A DNA stretch of 64,000 nucleotides from contig CBDFLQ010000005.1 of assembly GCA_965249275.1 (NCBI GenBank), positions 64,001 to 128,000 on the forward strand, written 5' to 3'. Made by a program: the position numbers and the translations under genes. Under the pieces are notes generated by a model. That model searched no databases and was not told the DNA's origin. It worked only from the letters and a program-made list of their open reading frames with translations. Origin of the DNA: Dehalococcoidia bacterium (GTDB taxonomy: Bacteria; Chloroflexota; Dehalococcoidia; Plut-88900). Within the stretch, counting starts at the first letter, position 1. Each line of letters starts with the position of its first letter. Below are positions 48,538 through 58,855 of this stretch, piece after piece.

Positions 48538-49374
48538 ATGAGGACCACCACGGCATCCATCATCAAGATGAAGCGGAACGGCGAGAAGATCCCCATGCTC
48601 ACCGCCTACGACTATCCGACCGCCAAGCTCCTCGACGAGCTGGGCATTCCCATGATCCTCGTCGGCGATAGCCTTGGTATGGTCGTCCTCGGCTACGAGT
48701 CGACCGTCTTCGTCACCATGGATGACATGGTCCACCACACCAAGGCCGTGGCCCGGGGCGCCAAACGCTCCCTCATCGTCTCCGATTTGCCCTTCATGAG
48801 CTACCGTCAGGGGAAGAAGGAAGCCCTTACAAACGCCGCCAGACTTCTCCAGGAGGGCGGCGCCCAGGCCGTCAAGCTCGAGGGTGGTGAGTCCGTCGCC
48901 GACACCGTGCACCACATCGTCGAAAACGGCATCCCGGTCATGGGTCACATCGGGCTCACGCCCCAGTCGGTGAACCAGCTCGGTGGCTACCGCTGCCAGG
49001 GCAAGACCCCCGAAAAAGCTGCCCAGCTTCTCAGAGACGCCAAGGCCCTGGAGGATGCAGGCGCATTCTCTATAGTCCTCGAATGCGTCCCCGCTCCCTT
49101 GGCTCAACTCATAACCGAACGAGTCTCCATCCCGACCATCGGCATCGGCGCCGGTGTCTACTGCGACGGCCAGGTACAGGTGATTAACGACATCCTCGCC
49201 ACCTGCCCCGACTACACACCCAGGCACGCTCGAACCTACGCATCCGTCGGCAGCTCCACCACCGACGCCATAGCCCGCTACCGGGACGACGTCCGTGGCT
49301 CTAGTTTCCCCACCGAGAAGCAGAGCTTCACCATGGATCCCAGCGTTCTCTCCGAGCTCCTGCAGTACGCCTAG
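48538..49374 (+). CDS. panB: 3-methyl-2-oxobutanoate hydroxymethyltransferase
   Basis: MLTAYDY, LVGDSLG, AVKLEGG, GHIGLTPQ. Confidence 0.97.
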   Translation: MRTTTASIIKMKRNGEKIPMLTAYDYPTAKLLDELGIPMILVGDSLGMVVLGYESTVFVTMDDMVHHTKAVARGAKRSLIVSDLPFMSYRQGKKEALTNAARLLQEGGAQAVKLEGGESVADTVHHIVENGIPVMGHIGLTPQSVNQLGGYRCQGKTPEKAAQLLRDAKALEDAGAFSIVLECVPAPLAQLITERVSIPTIGIGAGVYCDGQVQVINDILATCPDYTPRHARTYASVGSSTTDAIARYRDDVRGSSFPTEKQSFTMDPSVLSELLQYA

Positions 49375-49386
49375 CCCTCCCCGCAT

Positions 49387-50223
49387 ATGCAGGTCCTGGA
49401 CACCATCACCGCATTCAGAACAGCCCGAGCCTCGGCCCCCGGCACCCTCGGCCTGGTCCCGACCATGGGCTACCTCCACCGGGGTCACATGGCCCTCGTC
49501 GAGCGCTCCGCTGCGGAGAATGACGTAGTAGCCGCCTCCATCTTCGTCAACCCGACCCAGTTCGGCGCGGGCGAAGACTTCGCCTTCTACCCCCGAGACC
49601 TCGACCGCGACCTCAGCATGCTCGAAAAGGCCGGTGTGTCGCTGGTCCTCACTCCCACTCCCGACGAGATGTACCGACCGGGTGCCGAGACCAAGGTCAA
49701 CCCCGGCCCTATCGCCACCCTCCATGAAGGGGCCTCGAGACCCGGGCATTTCGTCGGCGTGGCGACCGTCGTGGCCAAGCTGTTCCATATCGTCAAGCCT
49801 GACAGGGCCTACTTCGGGCAGAAGGACGCCCAGCAGCTCGTCATCATCAAGCGGATGGCCCGGGACCTGGACTTCGACCTGGAGGTGGTCGGTGTCCCAA
49901 CTGTCCGTGAGCCCGACGGCCTGGCCATCAGCAGCAGAAACGTCTACCTGGACCCCGACCAGCGCCGGGCCGCAACCGTCCTCTGGAAAGCCCTCGACAC
50001 CGCCCAGTCCCTCTGCCGCGATGGCATTCTCTCCTGCCCCGAGATCAAGGCCGAGATGTCCCGCATCATCGGCGAGGAGCCCCTGACCCGCCTAGACTAC
50101 GCAACCATCGCCCACCCCGAGACCCTTGAAGACCTCACTACCGTACAGGACGGCGCCCTCGCCCTCCTCGCCGTCCAAATAGGCAACACCCGCCTCATAG
50201 ACAACCTCCCCCTTATCCTCTAG
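49387..50223 (+). CDS. panC: Pantoate--beta-alanine ligase
   Basis: VPTMGYLHRGH, SIFVNPTQF, FGQKDAQQ, SSRN, RLIDN. Confidence 0.97.
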   Translation: MQVLDTITAFRTARASAPGTLGLVPTMGYLHRGHMALVERSAAENDVVAASIFVNPTQFGAGEDFAFYPRDLDRDLSMLEKAGVSLVLTPTPDEMYRPGAETKVNPGPIATLHEGASRPGHFVGVATVVAKLFHIVKPDRAYFGQKDAQQLVIIKRMARDLDFDLEVVGVPTVREPDGLAISSRNVYLDPDQRRAATVLWKALDTAQSLCRDGILSCPEIKAEMSRIIGEEPLTRLDYATIAHPETLEDLTTVQDGALALLAVQIGNTRLIDNLPLIL

Positions 50224-50423
50224 CCCTTGTTCCTGTGTCATCCCGAGGCCCCGCGAGGGATCTAGGACTTGCCCGTCCACATCTCTCCCTTGGGGAGGGG
50301 GGTCCGCTCACCCTGAGCAGAGTCGAAGGGTATCAAGAGTGGAACAGGGTGGGGCCTCCCACCCCCCCACTATGCTAAAATCTTCCCGCATTCCCCACCC
50401 CCAAACACGGAGCACCCCCGACC

Positions 50424-51209
50424 TTGAAGATACTGGTCACCAACGACGACGGCATATCCTCCCCTGGCCTCTGGGCCCTCGCCGAAAGCCTTAAAGAGAT
50501 TGGCGAGGTCGTAGTCGTCGCCCCAGACAGGCAGCAGAGCGGCGTCGGGAGCTCCGTGACCCTGCACCACGCCGTACGCATGGCCCCGACTATGTTCAAC
50601 CGAGACGGCATCAAGTCCTACGCCGTCGAGGGCACACCCGGCGACAGCGTCATCCTCGCCACCGAGAAGCTGGTCGAAGGGAAGATAGACCTGCTCGTCT
50701 CCGGCATCAACACGGGCTCCAACCTGGGGAATGACGTATTCGTTTCAGGCACAGTCGGGGCGGCTCTTCATGGTTTCTTCCGAGGCATCCCCTCACTCGC
50801 AGTCTCCGTTACCGCTCTCTACGACGTTCACTTCCCGGTCGCCGCCCGCATGGCCTATCTCATCGCCGCCAAGGCCCGGGACGGCAAGCTCCCGCCCCGA
50901 GCCCTCATCAACGTCAACGTCCCCAACAAGCCCCTGGACCAGTTGAAGGGCGTAAAGGTCACCCGCCTCGCCGACGGCTCCTACACTGAGGTCGTCGAGG
51001 AGGGTAACGACCCCCGGCGCCTCCACTACTGGATCAACCGCACGAGGCCCAACTGGACCATCCAGCCCGGCACCGACATCTGGGCCGTCTCCAACGACTA
51101 CATCTCCATCACTCCCCTCCAGAACGACGTCACCGCCCACTCTTCCCTCCCGGATGTCACCGGCCTCGCCGAGAACATGTTCCAAGACCTGACAAACGGC
51201 CTAGAATAG
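50424..51209 (+). CDS. surE: 5'/3'-nucleotidase SurE
   Basis: ILVTNDDG, GTPGD, SGIN.G.N, SGTVGAA. Confidence 0.96.
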   Translation: MKILVTNDDGISSPGLWALAESLKEIGEVVVVAPDRQQSGVGSSVTLHHAVRMAPTMFNRDGIKSYAVEGTPGDSVILATEKLVEGKIDLLVSGINTGSNLGNDVFVSGTVGAALHGFFRGIPSLAVSVTALYDVHFPVAARMAYLIAAKARDGKLPPRALINVNVPNKPLDQLKGVKVTRLADGSYTEVVEEGNDPRRLHYWINRTRPNWTIQPGTDIWAVSNDYISITPLQNDVTAHSSLPDVTGLAENMFQDLTNGLE

Positions 51210-51283
51210 TAGGGTCCGGAATCCAGGGCGGGATCGGGGGACTGTCTTATCCCCTCTCCCTCGATGGGAGAGGGGACTGGCCC

Positions 51284-52584
51284 GGTACAGACCGGGCAGA
51301 AAGGTAACACATAAACCGGGGACATGGGTAACACATCGTGGGATTGTATTAGGCAATCCCAGAGGAGGAAGATGTGTTGCCTTGGAAAGACACGAGCATA
51401 GAATCGGAGCGGTTGCAGTTCATCGAGCGTCACACTGCGGGAGAGGAGACTATTGCTGAGCTGTGCCGCCGGTCCGGGATCAGCCGCAAGACGGGCTACA
51501 AGATAATCGGCCGATACGAGGCGTATGGTGAGGACGGTCTACTTGACCTAAGCCGGGCTCCTCACAGCCATCCCAACGCCACTTCCATAGAGGTGGCTAA
51601 GCGTATCATCGAGGCGAAGCGCACCCATCCCACATGGGGCCCGAAGAAGATCGTCGCCTGGTTGCATTCCATCGAGCCCTACGTGCCCTGGCCTTCCTCC
51701 AGTACTGCGGGCGCCATACTGGACCGTGTGGGTCTGGTGAGGCGGCGCAAGCGGCGGCGCAGGGCTACACGCTGGGGCGAGCCCTTCGCCCACGCCCGGC
51801 ACCCCAATGACGTGTGGGCCATCGACCTGAAGGGCTGGTTCCGCACGGATGACGGAATGCGGATAGACCCCCTTACAGCCCAGGACGCCATGTCCCGCTA
51901 CTTACTGGTATGCGACCCTCTCGACCGCCCTGCCGGCCCGGAAGTCAAGCGCTCTCTGGAGAGAACCTTCCGAGAGTACGGCATCCCTCGGGCCATACGC
52001 ACCGACAATGGTCCGCCCTTCGCCAGTGTGGGTCTGGGCAGCCTCTCACCACTCTCAGCATGGTGGGTCAAGCTCGGGATCGTACCCGAACGCATAGAGC
52101 CCGGTCACCCCGAACAGAATGGACGCATCGAGCGCCTTCACCGGACCCTCAAGGCCGAGACCGCAACACCTCCAAAGGCCAACTGGAGACGACAACGCAG
52201 AGCCCTCGAACGCTTCAGACACACCTACAACTTCGAGAGGCCACATGAGGCCCTGGGGCAGCAACCACCAAGCCGGCTGTACACGCCCTCGATCAGACCC
52301 TATCCCACACGTATCAGCTCGCCCGAGTACAACGCCGGTGTCACCGTACGTAGTGTCCGCAGCAACGGACAGATCAAGTGGAAGGGAGATATGCTCTACG
52401 TGAGCGAGTCCCTCAAGGGCGAACCCATCGGCCTGGTCCAGATAGACGAACGAACCTGGTCCATACAGTTCGGGCCACTCATCATCGGACTCCTTGATGA
52501 CCCCACCAGAAGGGTCGACAAAACCCCAGTCAAAGTGTTACCTATGTCCTCGGTCTAACTGTTACCCATGTCCCCGGTCGTACA
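51284..52584 (+). mobile_element. IS481-family insertion sequence
   Basis: Imperfect TIRs with two internal repeats at each end (ACCGGGGACATGGGTAACA / TGTTACCCATGTCCCCGGTCGTACA). Confidence 0.85.
51374..52558 (+). CDS. IS481-family transposase (rve integrase core)
   Basis: PW...ER..FI HTH, W.IDLKG, TDNGPPF, PEQNGRIERLHRTLK. Confidence 0.93.
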   Translation: MLPWKDTSIESERLQFIERHTAGEETIAELCRRSGISRKTGYKIIGRYEAYGEDGLLDLSRAPHSHPNATSIEVAKRIIEAKRTHPTWGPKKIVAWLHSIEPYVPWPSSSTAGAILDRVGLVRRRKRRRRATRWGEPFAHARHPNDVWAIDLKGWFRTDDGMRIDPLTAQDAMSRYLLVCDPLDRPAGPEVKRSLERTFREYGIPRAIRTDNGPPFASVGLGSLSPLSAWWVKLGIVPERIEPGHPEQNGRIERLHRTLKAETATPPKANWRRQRRALERFRHTYNFERPHEALGQQPPSRLYTPSIRPYPTRISSPEYNAGVTVRSVRSNGQIKWKGDMLYVSESLKGEPIGLVQIDERTWSIQFGPLIIGLLDDPTRRVDKTPVKVLPMSSV

Positions 52585-52652
52585 GTGAGGGTGATTTTGA
52601 CGCGATAATGGAACTGGCGAGAGGTTTATAAGGACTATCTGGAGGTACAACC

Positions 52653-53135
52653 ATGAACCCCGAAATTGAAGGCTACGCCCACTTCATAGACAAGCTGCTG
52701 AAGAAAGCCGACGAACACGCCGCTTCCCTCTCCACCGACGCCCTCAACTGGGAACCCCTGGACGCCGACACCAACTCCGTAGCGGCCATCGCCGCCCACA
52801 TGTGCGGCGTCGTCCGATGGTGGGTGGCACAGGGTTTGACGGGCAAAGAAGTAGGCCGGCAGCGGGACACCGAGTTCGTCGCCCAAGTCGACGCCAACGG
52901 TGAGATCGACTTCTGGGGCGCCCGCAGGACCATCGCCGACGTCATCTCCGAGACCCGGTCCATCGCCGCCGACGTCCTCGCCAACCTCGACCCTGCCTCC
53001 CTCACCGAGCAGAGCGCCGTCGACACCCTGGGCCCCCGAATCAAAAGGTGGACCCTAGTCCACACCATCGACGAGCTTTCCCAGCACATCGGTCACATGG
53101 AACTAACCATCCAGCTCTACAACGCCCGGGCCTAG
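52653..53135 (+). CDS. DinB/DUF664-family protein
   Basis: NS......H and H.I.E..QH.GH metal-binding motif. Confidence 0.85.
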   Translation: MNPEIEGYAHFIDKLLKKADEHAASLSTDALNWEPLDADTNSVAAIAAHMCGVVRWWVAQGLTGKEVGRQRDTEFVAQVDANGEIDFWGARRTIADVISETRSIAADVLANLDPASLTEQSAVDTLGPRIKRWTLVHTIDELSQHIGHMELTIQLYNARA

Positions 53136-53453
53136 GCACTCCTGTACCGTCATTCCGCCCCTTTCTCCGTCATTCCCGACTCCGACCGGGAATCCAGGGG
53201 CCGGGATTCCGCTCGCCCTGAGCAGGGTCGAAGGGTCTCAAGAGCGGAATGGGCGGGGCGGCCTTATCCCCTCACCCTCGATGGGTCGCAGATGCGCCGA
53301 GGCGTAAGAGGGCTAGGGTCGAAGACTCGCCGGGGAGAGCCGTAGGCTCGCTGAGGAGAGTGAGGGTGATCTTCCCAAATGTGACACGACCCGATTGACG
53401 GGCTGGTGCGCAGGTGCTAGATTATTTTCCGCCCTGCCCCGACGGTAATTCTC

Positions 53454-53529
53454 GGCAACGTAGCTCAGCGGTTAGAGCGGGGTCTTCATAAGGCCTAGGT
53501 CGCTGGTTCGAACCCAGCCGTTGCCACCA
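53454..53529 (+). tRNA. tRNA with CAT anticodon (probably elongator Met)
   Basis: GGCAACG acceptor stem, loop TTCATAA, encoded CCA; paired 1-72 excludes initiator; Ile2 not fully excluded. Confidence 0.9.
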
Positions 53530-53617
53530 AGTTCCTCATCCCATGTTTTGAGCATTTGCGACCCATGCTGGGCGTACATGTGTGCTATACTGCCTATTAG
53601 CTCCTCCACCCTAGCAA

Positions 53618-55090
53618 ATGAGGCAACCCAACTACATGGTCACAGAACAAAACACTGCTTTAGCCGCTCAAAATTCAGTGCCTCTTAAGCTCGACGAGCC
53701 ACAGGCTGATGCCGAGAACCCCTGGGGAGACGACCTTCTTGGTCGACAACGTATCGCCACACGGCTCACCAATCTTATCGCAACCCAAAAGCCACCGTTG
53801 ACAATTAGCCTTCATGGCCAATGGGGAACCGGAAAGACTTTTGTGCTCACGCGTTGGCAGAAAGCCCTGGTAAGGAAGAACTATCAGGCCATCTACTTCA
53901 ATGCGTGGGAAGATGACTTCAGTGATGACCCTTTGCTGGCCATAATCGGCCAGCTAGCAGATTACTTCAGCGAAGGCAACCTCAAAGAAACCTTACAAAA
54001 GGCGACCCAGAGTATCATCCCATTGCTCCTAAGTAATGCTTCCAGTCTTCTGAATCAGTTTACAGGATTGACAACCGAATTCGACCACAACTCGCCTACA
54101 AAGGGCGACCTACTCAAAGAGTATCGTCACCAACGCACTACCAAGGATCAACTTAAGGGGAATCTTCAAAGATTGGCTGCAGAGGTATATGACGATAGCA
54201 AGCATCCCTTGGTCTTCATCATTGATGAACTCGACAGATGCCGGCCTACCTTTGCCATTGAACTATTGGAGCGAGTTAAGCACATATTTGATGTGCCAAA
54301 CATGGTGTTCGTGTTTGGCCTTAACCATGATGAACTCTGCAATTCATTGGCATCTGTTTATGGAAACATCGAAACAGACGTTTACCTGAGGCGTTTTTTT
54401 GATTTTGAGTTCAATCTCCCTGAATCTGATTCACAGGTTTTTGCTTTACATTTGATTGATACGTTTAAAATTGGCGATGCGTTCAAGCAACTTGGAGACG
54501 TGAGTGGCAGCAGGGTACACATGGCCGACTACAATAACTTTAGGAGGGTTTTCCCCGAGCTTTGGAATGCCTTGGGCCTTTCACTACGTGATATCCGCTA
54601 CGGTATACAGCTACTTGCCCTCCTTACAAGTAATGTTCCTGCAGGCATGTTCACGCATCCGTACTTGCTTGCTGTCCTGATAGGAATAAAATTCACGAAT
54701 CCTGATTTCTATCATAAGTTGGTCGGTGGAAACTTTCAGGCTAGCGAAATCATGGATTTCATCGACGGCATTGTGCAGCGAAACTCGCTCACAGGGAGTG
54801 TGACGGCCCATTTAGACCGAATAGAGGGCTTCCTTTATTGTGCCGACAATACAAATCGCGATGACCAGATGAGCGGAGAGAATGCGTATACTGAACTCAT
54901 ACGTTTGCGCCAGGGTGACGTTGAATCAGGGTTTCAAGTTATCTCGAAAAGGGCTCAGGTCGCTGAGCCTGAGCAAATCAGTCGAATAATTCGAGGAATT
55001 GAGGCTAGCCACGAACTAGATGTTACAAACAAGACTTTCGCTAATTTAGCGCCTTTCATTGATGTATATCAAGCTCAATTGAGACGCTAG
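53618..55090 (+). CDS. KAP-family P-loop NTPase
   Basis: GQWGTGKT, FNAW, FIIDELDRC.P, YLRRFFD; low GC. Confidence 0.92.
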   Translation: MRQPNYMVTEQNTALAAQNSVPLKLDEPQADAENPWGDDLLGRQRIATRLTNLIATQKPPLTISLHGQWGTGKTFVLTRWQKALVRKNYQAIYFNAWEDDFSDDPLLAIIGQLADYFSEGNLKETLQKATQSIIPLLLSNASSLLNQFTGLTTEFDHNSPTKGDLLKEYRHQRTTKDQLKGNLQRLAAEVYDDSKHPLVFIIDELDRCRPTFAIELLERVKHIFDVPNMVFVFGLNHDELCNSLASVYGNIETDVYLRRFFDFEFNLPESDSQVFALHLIDTFKIGDAFKQLGDVSGSRVHMADYNNFRRVFPELWNALGLSLRDIRYGIQLLALLTSNVPAGMFTHPYLLAVLIGIKFTNPDFYHKLVGGNFQASEIMDFIDGIVQRNSLTGSVTAHLDRIEGFLYCADNTNRDDQMSGENAYTELIRLRQGDVESGFQVISKRAQVAEPEQISRIIRGIEASHELDVTNKTFANLAPFIDVYQAQLRR

Positions 55091-55154
55091 ATAGTCGCCT
55101 ATCCCCCCACCCCCCAAGAACTTTTCCCCTAAAACAATCAAAATTCGTGCCTGG

Positions 55155-55577
55155 ATGATCGCAACAATCAAAACCTTCCCCATCATCACACTCCCAGCCC
55201 TCCTCGCCCTGCTGGTAATCGCCTGTGGGAGCGGCGAACCCGATACCTACCGCATAGGCGTCATGGAGTCCCTCACCGGCGCCGGCGAGACCTATGGCAC
55301 GGTCGCCCTCCAGTCCAAGCAGATGGCCCTGGACGAGATCAACGCCGCCGGTGGCATCGATGGTCGCATGCTGGAGTTCGTCGTTGAGGACTCCAAGTGC
55401 AGCGCCCAGGACGCCATCACCGCCTACACTAAGCTCACCAACTTGGACGGTATTAAGATCATCCTCGGCGCCTTGTGCAGCGGCGCGATGCTTGGCGTCG
55501 CCCCCCTCGCCGAGGAGGACGGCGTGGTCCTGTTCTCGGGCCTAGCCAGCAACCCCGACATCGCCAACGCCTTATAG
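55155..55577 (+). pseudogene. Truncated branched-chain amino acid ABC substrate-binding protein
   Basis: Lipobox, SLTG, INAAGGIDGR, EDSKC; stops at 140 aa (family is typically ~400 aa). Confidence 0.8.
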
Positions 55578-55588
55578 TCCTCAGTGAA

Positions 55589-56362
55589 TTGAAGAAGCTG
55601 CCAAGCAATAAGAGAAACCACAGAAGGCTCCCCACGCGGGGTCAAGACCAAGTCTCCTACAACGGCACCACCCTCGACTACGAAATCCGCCGCAGCCCGC
55701 GGCGCAAGAAGACCGTCGAGATCAGGCTGACTCCCCAGGGAGTCCTCGTGGCCGCCCCATCCAGGGCCTCCGACGACGCGATTCGGGACATCGTGCTCGA
55801 CCGGGCCCCGTGGATCGTCAAAAGGATGTCCGATCTCCCGGAAGAGCCGCTTCCCAGGCGCTTCGTCACCGGCGAGACCCTCCCCTACCTCGGCCGCAAC
55901 GTCGAGATGATCGTCGAGGACGGAGCGACTTCTTCGACCCAAGTCAGCCTCCACCAAGGTAAGTTTCAGGTCTCCGTGCGCCCTACTCTCGATAGAGATG
56001 TGCGCCAAGAGAGCATCCTGCAGGCCTTCGCCGCGTGGTACCGGGCCTGCGCCGAAGACCACATTGCTGAGGAAATGGACCTCTGGTGGCCTCGACTCGG
56101 GGTGGGTGAGAGGTCTCAGGTGATCATCGGGAACCAGCGCAGCCGCTGGGGAAGCTGCACCCCCGACGGCACCCTCCGATTCAGCTGGCGCACCATGATG
56201 CTCCCGCCTCAGGTCATCGAATACATCGTCGTACATGAGCTCGCTCACCTGACCGTAAAGGCCCACTCGACTGAATTCTGGGACTTCGTGTCCCGCGCCC
56301 TCCCGGATGTCAAAGATAGGCGCAAGCTTCTGCGGGAGGTCGGTCCGGCCCTCCCCCTGTAG
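55589..56362 (+). CDS. YgjP/DUF45 (M48-like) zinc metalloprotease
   Basis: RS.RRK, RWGSC, YIVVHELAHL...HS..FW. Confidence 0.9.
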   Translation: MKKLPSNKRNHRRLPTRGQDQVSYNGTTLDYEIRRSPRRKKTVEIRLTPQGVLVAAPSRASDDAIRDIVLDRAPWIVKRMSDLPEEPLPRRFVTGETLPYLGRNVEMIVEDGATSSTQVSLHQGKFQVSVRPTLDRDVRQESILQAFAAWYRACAEDHIAEEMDLWWPRLGVGERSQVIIGNQRSRWGSCTPDGTLRFSWRTMMLPPQVIEYIVVHELAHLTVKAHSTEFWDFVSRALPDVKDRRKLLREVGPALPL

Positions 56363-56416
56363 CCACCAGATTGGCGCGCTATAGCCCGGTTAACCTGTGG
56401 CATAATTTACGTAGCT

Positions 56417-57607
56417 ATGCTCCCTTTACGTCCGGCAACCGCCATCCTTATCCTGTTTGCGACAGTCCTGTTGATCACCCTTTTGGTCGCATGCGGCGGA
56501 CAAACTGCCGACTCCCCCTCCCCGACTCCTGCTCCAATTCCCACACCCACACCGGCTTCAACAGCGCTTCCATCCCCCACCCCACCCCCTTCGCCTAGCC
56601 CACCAGCCGAACCTACGCCCACGCCCATATACGAACGGGCTATGCAGCTCCCCCACGATGAGGGCGTCCATGCCTCTCCCCTCGAGTGGTGGTACTTCAA
56701 CGGTCACGTTGCCACGGAGGGCGGACGGGTATTTAGCTATCACTTCGTGACATTCCAGTCGGTCTTGGCGGATGGATTCACTCCTCGGTTGGCGCAACTC
56801 AGCTGGGCCGACCATGACATGGATCTCCACCTCACCGCGGAGCAGCCCGACCTGCCCATCCTGGAGACCACTTCAGGTGAGTTTGACCTATCTATAGTCG
56901 ACTGGCGCATGAGCGGAGACAGCCAGACATATCATCTCTCGTTCCAGATAGGGGATTACACGGTGGAGCTCGAGGCCGATTCTCGGAAGCCAGCCGTGCT
57001 CCATCACGACACCGGGCTGGTCGACCTGGGCATAGCAGGCAAGACCTATTACTACTCCCGCACAGACCTGGAGACCTCGGGCACGGTATCGGTATCCGGC
57101 GACACCCTTCCCGTGACCGGGGTTTCCTGGTTCGACCATCAGTGGGGAGACTTCTCCACGGCGCAGATCGGCTGGGACTGGCTCAGCCTCAATCTGGACG
57201 ACGGCTCCGACATCATGGTCTCGGTGGTCTGGGAGCAGGCGGAGCGAAAGCATATCGCCGCCTATGGCACCTACGTCCCGCCTGACTCCGCTCCGATACA
57301 CCTGCCGGCCGCCGACATCTCCCTGGAACCCACCGGGACCTGGACCAGCCCCGACACCCAGGGCGTCTACCCCATGGGCTGGAACCTCCTCGTCGACTCC
57401 CTGGACATGGACCTCATTCTGACCCCTGCGATAGAGGAGGCCGAGTTCGCCATCAGCACCTTCATACCCATAATCTACTGGGAGGGAGCCGTGACACCGA
57501 CGGGCAGTAAGGGCGGGATCGATGTATCGGGCAAAGGCTTCGTCGAAATGGTGGGCTACGTCCCGTCGGCGCCTATCGCACCGCCGACCACACCAGCCCA
57601 ACCCTGA
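56417..57607 (+). CDS. AttH/CrtC-like lipocalin-fold lipoprotein
   Basis: EWWYFNG, YYYS, WFDHQWG, GWDW, YWEG, GFVEMVGY. Confidence 0.85.
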   Translation: MLPLRPATAILILFATVLLITLLVACGGQTADSPSPTPAPIPTPTPASTALPSPTPPPSPSPPAEPTPTPIYERAMQLPHDEGVHASPLEWWYFNGHVATEGGRVFSYHFVTFQSVLADGFTPRLAQLSWADHDMDLHLTAEQPDLPILETTSGEFDLSIVDWRMSGDSQTYHLSFQIGDYTVELEADSRKPAVLHHDTGLVDLGIAGKTYYYSRTDLETSGTVSVSGDTLPVTGVSWFDHQWGDFSTAQIGWDWLSLNLDDGSDIMVSVVWEQAERKHIAAYGTYVPPDSAPIHLPAADISLEPTGTWTSPDTQGVYPMGWNLLVDSLDMDLILTPAIEEAEFAISTFIPIIYWEGAVTPTGSKGGIDVSGKGFVEMVGYVPSAPIAPPTTPAQP

Positions 57608-57706
57608 CCGTCGCATCCTCGACAGCACTTACCAATTCGATGATGCAAACCGGATAGAATCGGCCTTAACCTTCGGTTAGTCTTGGCGGGAATCCAGGAG
57701 GCGCCT

Positions 57707-58813
57707 ATGACGACAATGCAGAGACCCTTAGAAAAGGCCCGACTCGACCTCTTGTGGCAAGCCGTCCTCCAACGGGATCCGACCTATGACGGCTCCGTCA
57801 TCTACGCCGTGCGCACCACCGGCATTTACTGTCGCCCCATCTGCCCCAGCCGCCGACCCTATCGAGCCAACGTTAGATTCTTTGCAGATTCCAAAGAGGC
57901 CCAGTCGGCGGGCTATCGAGCCTGCCTGCGCTGCTTCCCAGACCAGCCGCGGCAAGAGAATCGCAATAGCAGCCTCGTGAAACGTGTCTGCCATCAGATC
58001 GACTCTCACCTCGACCAGCACCCCGATGGCCTGCCTTCCCTTGCCCAGTTGAGCCAAGCCGTCGACATCAGCGCTTCCCACCTGCAGCGTGTCTTCAAGA
58101 AGGAAACGGGCCTGACGCCTCGGCAGTACGCGCACACCGGCAGACTGGAGCGCTTCAAGTCCCTGGTCCGGGACGGTAGCCCAGTCTCCGCGGCGATGTT
58201 CGACTCCGGGTTTAGCTCCTCCAGCCGACTCTACGAAGACTCCGACGGCCAATTCGGCATGACCCCCGGCCGATACAGGAGGGGTGGTGCAGGAACGACC
58301 ATCGGATACCTGGTCGCGGAATCGCCACTCGGCTCTCTGCTGGTAGCGGCAACCGGCAAGGGGATCTGCTCCGTGAAGCTAGGGGACGACGCCTCAGTTC
58401 TGCTGAATGACCTGCAGACAGAGTTCCCGGCAGCCGCCTTCCAGGAGGGCGACGAGACCCTGCGGGGTTGGCTTGAATTAGTGCTGGAATACCTGGAAGG
58501 AGAGCGTCTCGGCCTCGATTTGCCCCTCGATATTCAGGCCACGGCCTTTCAACGCCGAGTCTGGCGTATGTTGCAGTCAATCCCCTACGGCGAGACCCGC
58601 TCCTACCAACAGATGGCCCTCGACGTGGGCCTAACCGGCAGTGCCGGCCGGGCCGTCGGCAACGCTTGCGCCTCGAATCCCGTCGCTCTCGTCATCCCCT
58701 GTCATCGTGCGGTGCGAAAGGACGGCTCTCTCGGAGGCTACAGGTGGGGCCTCCATCGTAAAGAGGCCCTTATTGCGATGGAACGTCGTAAGAGTTCCGA
58801 AGACCCCAACTGA
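57707..58813 (+). CDS. ada: Bifunctional Ada regulator/O6-methylguanine-DNA methyltransferase
   Basis: TTGIYCRPICPSR, CLRC, AraC HTH, IPCHR. Confidence 0.95.
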   Translation: MTTMQRPLEKARLDLLWQAVLQRDPTYDGSVIYAVRTTGIYCRPICPSRRPYRANVRFFADSKEAQSAGYRACLRCFPDQPRQENRNSSLVKRVCHQIDSHLDQHPDGLPSLAQLSQAVDISASHLQRVFKKETGLTPRQYAHTGRLERFKSLVRDGSPVSAAMFDSGFSSSSRLYEDSDGQFGMTPGRYRRGGAGTTIGYLVAESPLGSLLVAATGKGICSVKLGDDASVLLNDLQTEFPAAAFQEGDETLRGWLELVLEYLEGERLGLDLPLDIQATAFQRRVWRMLQSIPYGETRSYQQMALDVGLTGSAGRAVGNACASNPVALVIPCHRAVRKDGSLGGYRWGLHRKEALIAMERRKSSEDPN

Positions 58814-58855
58814 GCGGCCTCGCCTGTCGATCTGCTGTTTCGACCGGTCTGTAGC

